Shown here one piece after another: positions 54,666-63,605 of a stretch of 64,000 bases of DNA. The notes under the pieces were generated by a model. The model did not search any database and was not told the DNA's origin. It saw only the letters and a program-made list of their open reading frames with translations. How positions within the stretch are numbered: position 1 is the stretch's first letter; each line of letters starts with the position of its first letter. The position numbers and the translations under genes were made by a program. The stretch comes from an uncultured Gammaproteobacteria bacterium (lineage in GTDB: Bacteria > Patescibacteriota > Microgenomatia > JALYQM01). The stretch is from contig CAZHTP010000004.1 in assembly GCA_964535655.1 (NCBI GenBank), positions 11,108 to 75,107 on the forward strand. Reading direction: 5' to 3'.

Positions 54666-55409
54666 ATGCTCAAAATTACTGATTTGCAAGTAGAAACTGA
54701 AAAGAAACAAATTCTAAAAGGTTTGAATTTAACTGTTAATTCAGGAAAAATTCATGCCATTATGGGTCCAAATGGCTCAGGAAAATCAACGCTCGCTTAT
54801 GCTCTAGCTGGACATCCTCGGTACCACGTAACTGGTGGGGGTGTAGAATTTTTTGGTGAAGATTTACTGATGATGTCTGTTGACGAGCGTGCTAAGAAAG
54901 GATTGTTTTTAAGTTTTCAATATCCCCAAGAAGTTGCTGGTGTTCCGGTCGAACAATTTTTGCGCATGGCGCAAAGAGAGATTGCGCGATCTAAAGACGA
55001 AAAGCCGCTTTCTGTGCTGAAATTTAAATTGCTTTTAGATGAAGAAATTAGAAAACTGGGTATGAAGGAAGGAATGCAGAAACGTAATTTAAACGAGGGA
55101 TTTTCTGGTGGTGAAAAAAAGCGAAATGAGATTTTACAGATGGCAGTGTTACAGCCTAAACTTGTTGTTTTAGACGAAGTTGATTCTGGTTTAGATGTGG
55201 ATGCTTTGAAGCATGTTGCATATAGGGTAAAAGAATACGTACAGAAACATGCTGATGTATCTGTTCTTGTGATTACACATTATATGCGGATCTTAAAATA
55301 TTTGGAGCCAGATGTTGTATCTATTGTTTATGATGGTACAGTGATTAAGGAAGGCGATAAAGACCTTTCGGAATATATTGAAGAAAAAGGGTATGAAGGG
55401 ATACTTTGA
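54666..55409 (+). CDS. sufC: Fe-S cluster assembly ATPase SufC
   Basis: Walker A GPNGSGKST. ABC signature FSGGEKKRNEILQ. Walker B LVVLDEVDSGLD. Confidence 0.9.
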   Translation: MLKITDLQVETEKKQILKGLNLTVNSGKIHAIMGPNGSGKSTLAYALAGHPRYHVTGGGVEFFGEDLLMMSVDERAKKGLFLSFQYPQEVAGVPVEQFLRMAQREIARSKDEKPLSVLKFKLLLDEEIRKLGMKEGMQKRNLNEGFSGGEKKRNEILQMAVLQPKLVVLDEVDSGLDVDALKHVAYRVKEYVQKHADVSVLVITHYMRILKYLEPDVVSIVYDGTVIKEGDKDLSEYIEEKGYEGIL

Positions 55410-55828
55410 TGGAAGAACAATTACCAGGGAAAGGCTCAATAGCGATTGTTCACTCAAGTAATGAGGAAGGTCGGCGGATTGAGGGGGCCACTGTTTTGAA
55501 ATGGAAGGCTACGATTTTTAAAGCATTGAATGAAGTTGAAGGAAGTGCTGATAAAACTGAAGCTTTGCGAGTGCATGCTGGGAATATATTGTATGATGTG
55601 TTGTATTATGGAAACTTCGCTTTGGTAGGTTCTAATCGCCGGGTAGGGTCGATTAGATTCTTAGGGGCGGGTGATAAGGATGTGGTGGTTCCTGTGAATG
55701 AAGAATTGTTGCGTTCGTTGTTCCTTGCTGAACCTGATATACAAAGTGAAAGCGATGATAGAGAACTTGCGCTATATCGTGAAGAACTGCTTGATCCATC
55801 GAAAGAAGCAGTAGAGATAGTTTTATAA
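55406..55828 (+). CDS. Hypothetical protein between sufC and sufB
   Basis: ORF only. Its 4-nt overlap with sufC suggests co-translation. Confidence 0.35.
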   Translation: MMEEQLPGKGSIAIVHSSNEEGRRIEGATVLKWKATIFKALNEVEGSADKTEALRVHAGNILYDVLYYGNFALVGSNRRVGSIRFLGAGDKDVVVPVNEELLRSLFLAEPDIQSESDDRELALYREELLDPSKEAVEIVL

Positions 55829-55831
55829 TCT

Positions 55832-57229
55832 ATGTCTGATTTAAGCCCTGTTGGGCAATACCAGTACGGTTTTTTTGAAAGTGACGAAAACTATTCGGTT
55901 AAGTTGCCTAAAGGTTTGTCGCGTGAAGTTGTTGAGGCTATTTCTCGATACAAAAAAGAGCCTGACTGGATGCTGCAATTGCGACTTAAAGCCTATGAAA
56001 TATTTTTAAGTAAAAAAATGCCAAATTGGGGTGGTGATCTTTCGCAGATAGATTTTCAGGATATTCATTATTTCTTGCGCGCTTCAGACAAAGCGGAACG
56101 GAAATGGGAAGATGTCCCTGATGATATTAAGCGAACCTTCGATAAGATTGGTATCCCAGAGGCTGAGAAAAAGTTTCTTGCAGGTGTATCGTCGCAATAT
56201 GATTCGGAAGTTGTGTACCATAATTTAAAGGGCGCCTGGGAAGATAAGGGAGTTATCTTTACGGATACCGATACTGCTGTTCGAGAATATCCAGAAATTA
56301 TGAAAAAGTATTTTGGAACGTTGATTCCCCCTGGTGATAACAAATTTGCAGCGCTTAATACTGCTGTGTGGAGTGGTGGCTCTTTTATTTATGTACCTAA
56401 AGGGGTTCATGTTCAAATACCATTGCAAGCATATTTTAGAATTAATGCAGCTAATGCAGGTCAATTTGAGCGAACGTTGATTATTGCGGATGAGGGCTCA
56501 TTTGTTCATTATGTAGAAGGTTGTTCTGCACCAATTTATACTACGGATTCGCTTCATTCCGCTGTTGTTGAGATTGTCTGTTTGGCTGGTTCACGAGTAC
56601 GGTATACGACAATCCAAAATTGGTCGAATAATGTATACAATTTGGTCACTAAGCGAGCTTTTGTGTATCGTGATGCGACGATGGAATGGGTGGATGGAAA
56701 TATTGGTTCGAAATTAACAATGAAATATCCGTCCGTGTTTTTAAAAGAAGAAGGTGCTCGTGGCGAAGTGCTATCTCTGGCGTTTGCTGGAAGGGGGCAG
56801 CATCAGGATGCGGGCGGCAAGGCTGTACATTTAGCGTCGAATACTACATCGCTTATTACCTCAAAATCTATTTCCATGCGGGGTGGGCGAACATCGTATC
56901 GAGGTCTTTTACGGATTGCGAAAAACGCGAAGAATTGTAAGTCTACCGTTAAGTGTGATGCGTTGTTAATGGACGATATTTCAGCGTCGGATACATATCC
57001 AGATATGAAGATTGAAGAACAGGATGTAACTATTGGGCATGAGGCTTCGGTCGGAAAAATTGGTGAAGAACAACTGTTTTATTTAATGTCGCGAGGCTTA
57101 ACGGAAGATCAGGCAGCGGCTATGATAGTGCAAGGATTCGTAGAGCCAATAATACGAGAATTACCGATGGAATATGCGGTAGAGATGAATCGTTTAATTC
57201 AGCTTGATATGACTGGCTCGGTTGGTTGA
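55832..57229 (+). CDS. sufB: Fe-S cluster assembly protein SufB (SufB/SufD family)
   Basis: [22 protein letters not shown] and the C-terminal beta-helix region are typical of SufB. Confidence 0.85.
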   Translation: MSDLSPVGQYQYGFFESDENYSVKLPKGLSREVVEAISRYKKEPDWMLQLRLKAYEIFLSKKMPNWGGDLSQIDFQDIHYFLRASDKAERKWEDVPDDIKRTFDKIGIPEAEKKFLAGVSSQYDSEVVYHNLKGAWEDKGVIFTDTDTAVREYPEIMKKYFGTLIPPGDNKFAALNTAVWSGGSFIYVPKGVHVQIPLQAYFRINAANAGQFERTLIIADEGSFVHYVEGCSAPIYTTDSLHSAVVEIVCLAGSRVRYTTIQNWSNNVYNLVTKRAFVYRDATMEWVDGNIGSKLTMKYPSVFLKEEGARGEVLSLAFAGRGQHQDAGGKAVHLASNTTSLITSKSISMRGGRTSYRGLLRIAKNAKNCKSTVKCDALLMDDISASDTYPDMKIEEQDVTIGHEASVGKIGEEQLFYLMSRGLTEDQAAAMIVQGFVEPIIRELPMEYAVEMNRLIQLDMTGSVG

Positions 57230-57288
57230 TCCTTGGCTCCAATGTTATTTCTTGACAACAATTTTCCAATAGCTTACGCTAAAACAAG

Positions 57289-58428
57289 ATGGATAAGAAA
57301 CACCTACTTATTGTTTTGTTTGCACTAGTTTTTACTTCGATAGTTGCTATTGGCCTTCGTGTGCCGTTTCTAAACATTGCTTCATTTTTTAGAACTGATA
57401 GCAGTGATGCGCAGCAGGCTTGCTTTGTTCATACTTTTTCTATTACTAGCCAACCTGTCGGGCATATCTTTTCGCAGGAATGCGTGCGCGATGGCGGACA
57501 AATTTATTCTAATGATCAACGATTTACATTTTATGATGTAGGTGGCGGAGTTTTACCTCGTGGATTTACCTACGTTAAAACGGACGATGTAGCTGCTAAA
57601 AATGACCCAAACCTGCACTGGTCAATTACTTTGCAACAAGATTCGACCATTTATGTTTATTTTCGACGTAAAATTGCTGTTACTCAACCCCCATCTTGGA
57701 TTAATGATACTTTTACTAGCAATACTGCCCAAACCCCCATTGATATTCTTTCGTTGAATCATTACTTGTTGCGCAAGAGTACCACTAATCCAAAAGTTGG
57801 TGCTTATGATGCGTATTTTGCCCAGCGTTCTGCAGGAAGTGTTATTAATTTTGGACCAGCGTATGATGCTAATTCAAAAGCGCTTTCGATGTACATAGTT
57901 GCTGTATTGCCTGATATTATTACATCTGCTCCAACGGCCTCTCCCGTTCCAACCAATAGTAGGACAGCTGCTCCTTCACAAACTGCTACGGCAACTCAAA
58001 GCCCTGTGCCAAGTTCAACAATAACTGTTACCCGAAGCCCTGCCCCAACAGCCACTCCTGCTCCTACTGGGGATAACGCTTCACCTGGTACAACTGCTGT
58101 ACCTAATGCGCGGGAAACATCGGTATATTTGCAGACACAAAATGGTTCTGGTCAGAGCGGATATGCAATTATTACCGAAATGAGTGCAACTCAAACTCGT
58201 GTGTCTCTTAGTTTGTTTGGTGGAAATTATACCAATCAACCAGCACATATTCATTCTGGGACCTGTGCAAATCCAGGTGGTGTAATTTATCCATTAAATA
58301 ATGTAACTGGTACGTCAATTACCTACTTAAATGTTCCCTATGCTACTGTGGTGGGGAATTTGGGTATCGTTAATATTCATAAATCTGTTGCTGAGTCTGC
58401 TGTATACACCGCCTGCGGGGCGAAGTAA
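57289..58428 (+). CDS. Membrane-anchored secreted protein with Pro/Thr-rich linker and C-terminal CHRD-like domain
   Basis: N-terminal TM. PT-rich region at about 57904-58093. C-terminal GQSGYAIITE..PAHIHSGTC resembles the CHRD domain (HIH motif). Confidence 0.45.
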   Translation: MDKKHLLIVLFALVFTSIVAIGLRVPFLNIASFFRTDSSDAQQACFVHTFSITSQPVGHIFSQECVRDGGQIYSNDQRFTFYDVGGGVLPRGFTYVKTDDVAAKNDPNLHWSITLQQDSTIYVYFRRKIAVTQPPSWINDTFTSNTAQTPIDILSLNHYLLRKSTTNPKVGAYDAYFAQRSAGSVINFGPAYDANSKALSMYIVAVLPDIITSAPTASPVPTNSRTAAPSQTATATQSPVPSSTITVTRSPAPTATPAPTGDNASPGTTAVPNARETSVYLQTQNGSGQSGYAIITEMSATQTRVSLSLFGGNYTNQPAHIHSGTCANPGGVIYPLNNVTGTSITYLNVPYATVVGNLGIVNIHKSVAESAVYTACGAK

Positions 58429-58519
58429 ACATTTTTTCTGATACTTTATTGCTAATGAAGATATTGACAGTGATGAGGTGGTATAATCGAGATATATAAC
58501 TTTATTCCCTGAGGAGGGT

Positions 58520-59203
58520 TTGGACATGCACACGATACTTGAGCCAAAAATATTTAGCGAAAATTTAATGAAGATGGATGGGATTAGCGCGAAAACACAA
58601 GAAGAGCATATAAAACTCTATCATGGATATGTAAAAAAATATAACGAATTAATGGATAAAATTGAGGCATTGACTGATGAAGATTATGCGAATGCTAATC
58701 AAATTTATTCGCAGTTGCGTTCATTAAAAACAGATCTCACTTTTGCAATTAGTGGAGTTAAAAATCATGAGATTTACTTTGGCCATCTTGGTGGTTACGG
58801 GGGACGACCAGAAGGTAAGTTACTTGAAATGATCAGTAATTGTTTTGGATCATATGAAAAGTGGGAACAAGATTTAAAGGCAACGGCAATTGCTGCACGT
58901 GGTTGGGTTTGGCTTGCATGGGATCATGATTTAAAACACTTATTTAATTACCTTGGTGATGCGCAAAATACGTTTCCCGTATGGAATGCAACACCGATAT
59001 TTGCACTCGACACCTACGAACATGCCTACTTTATTGACTACGGCGCAGCTCGCGCAAAATACATTGAAGCATTCTTAAAAAATCTTGACTGGAAAGCAGT
59101 TGAGAAAAATTGGGAGATGGCTGTTGAGTGTGGATGTGAAGATGGACAAGAAGGATGCGCTCGCGGTGGAGATTGTGGATGCGGTGGACAATGCGGCCAT
59201 TAA
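58520..59203 (+). CDS. sod: Fe/Mn superoxide dismutase-like protein with unusual Cys/Gly-rich C-terminal tail
   Basis: LEP..EEHIKLYHGYVKKYN, NHEIYFGHLGG, GWVWLAWD and DTYEHAYFIDY match SOD N- and C-domain blocks and metal ligands. The last 30 aa, ECGCEDGQEGCARGGDCGCGGQCGH, contain 7 Cys. Confidence 0.7.
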   Translation: MDMHTILEPKIFSENLMKMDGISAKTQEEHIKLYHGYVKKYNELMDKIEALTDEDYANANQIYSQLRSLKTDLTFAISGVKNHEIYFGHLGGYGGRPEGKLLEMISNCFGSYEKWEQDLKATAIAARGWVWLAWDHDLKHLFNYLGDAQNTFPVWNATPIFALDTYEHAYFIDYGAARAKYIEAFLKNLDWKAVEKNWEMAVECGCEDGQEGCARGGDCGCGGQCGH

Positions 59204-59263
59204 TAGTGTATTATAAAAATATGATTGATCGACTACTTCGGCTTATTGTAGTAGATTACCCTA

Positions 59264-59293
59264 AAGGGACAGCTTAATGCTGTCCCTTTTTTT
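59264..59293 (+). terminator. Strong intrinsic terminator (AAGGGACAGC / GCUGUCCCUU, 5-nt loop, U7)
   Basis: Perfect 10-bp stem at 59264-59273 / 59279-59288, then ttttttt. Confidence 0.7.
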
Positions 59294-59325
59294 ATGGTTA
59301 TTTTTATTATTTTAGGAGGTATCAC

Positions 59326-59469
59326 ATGGGTAGCGCTGATTATGATCTACTTTTACAAGAGATCGTTCGAGATAATAAAAGAGTAGGACTTGATCAAAGT
59401 GGTTATACTTTTACTCAAACTGAGGATGAATCTCCATTGGTGTTTGCCTATCAGGAAGAGGAGGAATAA
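59326..59469 (+). CDS. Small acidic protein (47 aa) with consensus SD, not in ORF track
   Basis: AGGAGG at 59314-59319, 6 nt, ATG at 59326. MGSADYDLLLQEIVRDNKRVGLDQSGYTFTQTEDESPLVFAYQEEEE. Confidence 0.45.
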   Translation: MGSADYDLLLQEIVRDNKRVGLDQSGYTFTQTEDESPLVFAYQEEEE

Positions 59470-59473
59470 TCTA

Positions 59474-60492
59474 TTACAGATTATTTAAGCAATATCCTTT
59501 GCCTTTGCAAGCGGTAATGCAGTCGCGTTTTACGCCGAGTGAAACCAGTTTTGTTCTAAGCCGTTGAAGATTTTTATTGATCGCCCAGATGGAAAATTCA
59601 TTTTCTTCTTTCCATATGATATCTCCTAATTGATCGTAGGTTACTACTTTATTTTCGTTGTCTATTAGTAGTGAAAGTATTAGTTGTTGAATACTAGTAA
59701 GTCGTGCTGAGATTGGCTTATTGTTTAAGTAGATGAGATCAGTTCTTTTTTAAGCTGTTTTTCAAAATATAGCCCGAGGCTTGCCATATATTCTGCTGAT
59801 TCAGTTATGAGTTGGTTTGATTGTCTTTTGAGTGGAGATATTGTGGGGTGAAATGTTGGAAATATTTTTATGTCAACTAGGCGTTGAATGAGAAAATCCG
59901 CAATGCTTTCAATGCCTTCCCAAGGGATATTTAGTTTTTTTTGTTCTGAGTATAATAGCCCTTGAATGATTGCTTCACCAATATTTGCGATAGTCATATC
60001 TTTTCGGATATAACAATTGAATTTTTTCTTTTCTATAGGGTCTATTTTTTCAAAAGATGTTTTTGTACCAAATGAAGTGATTCTTACCTCGATTTCCGTA
60101 ATATTACTTACATGTTGAGGAAGTACTTCGTATACAAATTTCCAAAAAGGTTTCTCTGCTTTTTCCCAATTTTTTTTGAAGGCTTGTATTTCTTTTTCGT
60201 GGAGATTTAGTTGATTGGGAAGCAATTTTTCTACTTTGCTTATGAGATGTGGAGAGTAATTTAGTGGACTAGTGTCTTTTATTTTATTTACTTCGTGCCA
60301 AAAATCTTTAACTGAGGTATATTCTAGATTAGGTAGATACACGGTAGAAGGGTTGCCTGAGATTAAGTATGGTAGTACTGCAAAGTTGTGCCGGTAATAA
60401 AAGCCATTTATGGATTGAATGGCGCTGTGTAGCACGCGGTTCGCTTCAGTTTGGCGAGTCGTGAGAAACTTGATCGGGGGAATTCTGTCCAT
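59474..60492 (-). pseudogene. Winged-helix (OmpR/PhoB Trans_reg_C-type) DNA-binding protein disrupted by a frameshift at a T6/A6 homopolymer (59746-59751)
   Basis: The 255-aa ORF (59725..60492) ends just after the A6 run. The next frame (59474..59749) has no start codon and encodes ..QQLILSLLIDNENKVVTYDQLGDIIWKEENEFSIWAINKNLQRLRTKL..GKGYCLNNL, a wHTH domain. A single-base indel in the run would fuse them. Confidence 0.5.
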
Positions 60493-60551
60493 AACTTGTC
60501 CATTACTTTTTACTATAGGGCAGTATACTATCTTTTTATTCCTATTTAAAG

Positions 60552-61940
60552 GTGCATATGCTTACTTTATCTGAATTAAATCTGCGGCTCCTTAGCACAG
60601 ATTATGCTGTGCGTGGGCCTATTGTAGCGCGAGCTTCAGAGCTTGAAGCTTTAGGCGCTGATGTTATTTACTGTAACATTGGGAATCCTCAAGCGTTGGG
60701 ACAGCTTCCTTTAACGTATATTCGCCAGACTCTTGCATTGCTTGAGTATCCAGAATTATTGCGTCGGTCGGAAAGTGCGGCTTTATTTCCGGTGGACATT
60801 AGGGAAAAAGCACAATTTATATTGGCTAAACATCCATTTGGAACAGGGGCTTATTCGAATAGCGCTGGTATTGGGTTTATTCGGGAGGCCGTGGCCAGTT
60901 ATATAAAGCAAAGAGATGCAATTGCCATTGATAAGGATCAAATATTTCTTACGGATGGTGCTAGTAAGGGTGTTCAGTCGGTTATTTTCTCACTACTTAG
61001 AGATGAGCAAGATGCCTTGCTTATACCTATTCCTCAATATCCGTTGTATAGTGCATCGCTACAGTTGTATGGTGGGAAGCTTGCTGGATATTATCTTGAT
61101 GAAGAACATGGTTGGGAGTTTGATGAAGCTACACTTAATGAAAGTTTGGAAAAAGCGAAAAAAGAAGGTTTAACGGTTAAAGGAATTGTTGTGATTAATC
61201 CAGGAAATCCTACTGGATCAGTGCTTTCTTATGACACGATTCGAATGGTTATTGCATTTGCTAAAAAGCATAATTTAGTTATATTAGCTGACGAAGTATA
61301 CCAGGAGAATATTTATCAGGAAGGGCTTTCTTTTGTTTCTTTTGCAAAGGTTATGCACGATTTAAATGAGACAACAGTCTCATTGTTTAGCTTTCATTCT
61401 GTTTCGAAAGGGTATTTAGGGGAATGTGGTCACAGAGGCGGGTATATGGAGATGCGCAATATACCGCCTGAAGTGTTGGCCGCATTTGAAAAATTGCAAT
61501 CGATTTCGCTTTGTTCTAATATTTCTGGTCAGTTAGTAACCTATCTTATGGTTACTCCACCTCAAAAAGGTGATGCAAGTTATGAATTATATATCCAAGA
61601 AAAAGGGCAGATTCTTACTTCATTGCATACGCGAGCTATCCTTCTTGCTCGGGGATTGAATGCTATTTCTGGTGTATCGGTTGAGGTTCCACCTGGTGCT
61701 ATGTATGCATTTGTTCGAGTTGAAATTCCAGGAGATTTAGGGAGTGAAGCGGAGCGGAATAATGCGTATTGTTTACGGCTTTTGGAGGAAACAGGTATTT
61801 GTGTTGTCCCAGGTTCGGGGTTTGGGCAGCAGCCAGGAACGTATCACTTTCGAACGACCTTTTTGCCTCCAGAAGAACAGATTCTTCGTTTTATAGAACG
61901 ATTTAAAACTTTTCATGAACGATATATATTAATTCATTAA
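60552..61940 (+). CDS. Alanine aminotransferase-like class I/II aminotransferase
   Basis: LSTDYAVRGPIVARA, CNIGNPQALG and the PLP-lysine region SVSKGYLGECGHRGGY are AlaT-family blocks. Confidence 0.85.
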   Translation: MHMLTLSELNLRLLSTDYAVRGPIVARASELEALGADVIYCNIGNPQALGQLPLTYIRQTLALLEYPELLRRSESAALFPVDIREKAQFILAKHPFGTGAYSNSAGIGFIREAVASYIKQRDAIAIDKDQIFLTDGASKGVQSVIFSLLRDEQDALLIPIPQYPLYSASLQLYGGKLAGYYLDEEHGWEFDEATLNESLEKAKKEGLTVKGIVVINPGNPTGSVLSYDTIRMVIAFAKKHNLVILADEVYQENIYQEGLSFVSFAKVMHDLNETTVSLFSFHSVSKGYLGECGHRGGYMEMRNIPPEVLAAFEKLQSISLCSNISGQLVTYLMVTPPQKGDASYELYIQEKGQILTSLHTRAILLARGLNAISGVSVEVPPGAMYAFVRVEIPGDLGSEAERNNAYCLRLLEETGICVVPGSGFGQQPGTYHFRTTFLPPEEQILRFIERFKTFHERYILIH

Positions 61941-61959
61941 CTACTATTTAAGGAGATTT

Positions 61960-62202
61960 ATGAGTACTTTACCTGAAACTAGTATTTTTACAGGTGCGTT
62001 TTTAATTGAAAATGGTGAACGAAAGCCAATTTTTAGAAATGCTCAGTTTGAATACTTCCAATATAATGCACAAGGTCCGTTACTTGTGACCGGTGGATTG
62101 GGGGTGGAAGATTCTCGAACAGGGCATGCCAGCGAAAGATTTTTAGGCTCATTGCCTCCAAGTGTTGATCTTGTTCGCCGCAAGGTGATTGATGAGAGTT
62201 GA
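61960..62202 (+). CDS. Hypothetical small protein
   Basis: ORF only. Confidence 0.3.
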   Translation: MSTLPETSIFTGAFLIENGERKPIFRNAQFEYFQYNAQGPLLVTGGLGVEDSRTGHASERFLGSLPPSVDLVRRKVIDES

Positions 62203-62235
62203 CCTTTTTTTTGGGTGGTTTGATATAATGATTTC

Positions 62236-63387
62236 ATGACTAAAAAGCTTAAAGTGGCTGTTGGCATGTCTGGTGGGGTTGATTCAGGGGTTTCGGCAAA
62301 ACTTTTGGTTGATGCTGGGTATGAAGTTTGCGGGGTTCACCTTCATTTTTGGGCTGAGCATGACCCTTATTTATCTCGGGAGAACAAGTGTTGTTCGACT
62401 GAGAGTTTGATGGCAGCGCGGAAAACCTGTGACATGCTAGGGATTCCTTTTTATACTTTTAATTTTGAAGATATTTTTAAGGAAACGGTAGTTGAATATT
62501 TTCTTGAAGAGTTTAAAGCTCTGCGGACTCCTAATCCGTGTGTTGTTTGTAACCGAAAAATTAAAACTGGGCGCTTGGTCAAATACGTTCAAGGTCTTGG
62601 ATTTGATATGCTTGCAACGGGGCATTACATAAATGTTGCACAAAAGAGTAGTGATGATTACGAGGTTTTAGCATTTGATGATATCGCAAAACGAGCTCAA
62701 ATTTTAGCTGATTTTCCTAACCACCAAGATTTGTTTTTGAAGATGGGGAATGATGACAAAAAGGATCAATCGTACTTTTTGTATACAATGAAGCAAGAAG
62801 ATTTAGTGAGACTAGTGTTTCCTTTAGGGAAAATGGTTAAAGATGATGTGCGTAAGTTGGCTGTAGAGTGGAACTTACCTGTAGCAACTTCAAAAGAGAG
62901 TTTTGATATCTGCTTTATTCCAGGCGACAATTACCGTGACTTTTTACAACGCCATATGCCGGAGTGGATTATACCGGGTGATGTTGTAACTGTTGAAGGC
63001 GAAACTATTGGAAAACATACTGGGCTTCCATTCTATGCAATTGGACAGCGACGAGGGTTTACGACAAATAAAGTCGTACCTTATTACGTAGTTGGTTTTG
63101 ATAAAGATGCTAACCAACTGATTGTTGGTAAAAGTGGACAAACTGATAAAGCTTCGTTTACCGTACATTCTTCTACTTTTGCCAGTGATGCGTGGGGTGA
63201 GGAATTAGATTGTCAGGTGCGACTGCGGCATATGGGTGGATTTACTGAGGGGAAAGTGATGAAAGATGGCGACAATGTGAAGGTTGAACTTTCTGCAGCA
63301 CAGCGAGGAATTACTCCGGGGCAAAGCGCAGTCTTTTACCAGGACCGTGTGCTTTTGGGTGGTGGTGTGATAGATCGGGTCTTGTGA
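62236..63387 (+). CDS. mnmA: tRNA-specific 2-thiouridylase
   Basis: VAVGMSGGVDSGVSAKLL is the PP-loop SGGxDS. CVVCN catalytic Cys region. C-terminal beta-barrel. Confidence 0.9.
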   Translation: MTKKLKVAVGMSGGVDSGVSAKLLVDAGYEVCGVHLHFWAEHDPYLSRENKCCSTESLMAARKTCDMLGIPFYTFNFEDIFKETVVEYFLEEFKALRTPNPCVVCNRKIKTGRLVKYVQGLGFDMLATGHYINVAQKSSDDYEVLAFDDIAKRAQILADFPNHQDLFLKMGNDDKKDQSYFLYTMKQEDLVRLVFPLGKMVKDDVRKLAVEWNLPVATSKESFDICFIPGDNYRDFLQRHMPEWIIPGDVVTVEGETIGKHTGLPFYAIGQRRGFTTNKVVPYYVVGFDKDANQLIVGKSGQTDKASFTVHSSTFASDAWGEELDCQVRLRHMGGFTEGKVMKDGDNVKVELSAAQRGITPGQSAVFYQDRVLLGGGVIDRVL

Positions 63388-63440
63388 TTTCTAGGAATAT
63401 CCTATAGTAAATTGTTTCCTTTTTTGATATACTTTGACGA

Positions 63441-63600
63441 TGAATGAAGGTGGATTAATTGCTTCGGGCCCAGAAACTTTGCATCGCACGGAGGGGGAGA
63501 TCCTTAGAGCTGACGCGCTTCGACGGATAACAATGTTTGACTTTGAATCAAAGTTAGTCCCTCGTCGTAGTGTCGCACTTTCGTAGGACTGATGTTTATG
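63441..63600 (+). other. GC-rich (about 50%) intergenic block; candidate structured RNA or regulatory leader
   Basis: Non-coding in all frames. Much higher GC than neighbouring genes. Contains the palindrome ctttgaATCaaag (63541-63553) and a repeated TCGCAC. Confidence 0.25.
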
Positions 63601-63605
63601 AAATC

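Noticed and set aside
59740-59755. Programmed -1 ribosomal frameshift at the A6 run
   Set aside because: The heptamer in the zero frame (U AAA AAA G) does not match an X XXY YYZ slippery site, and no downstream stimulatory structure was seen. An indel or pseudogene is more parsimonious.
63491-63540. UUCGACGG-containing segment reminiscent of the tmRNA 5' region
   Set aside because: No tRNA-like T-arm/CCA 3' end follows. An ORF begins at 63606, leaving too little room for a tmRNA of about 350 nt.
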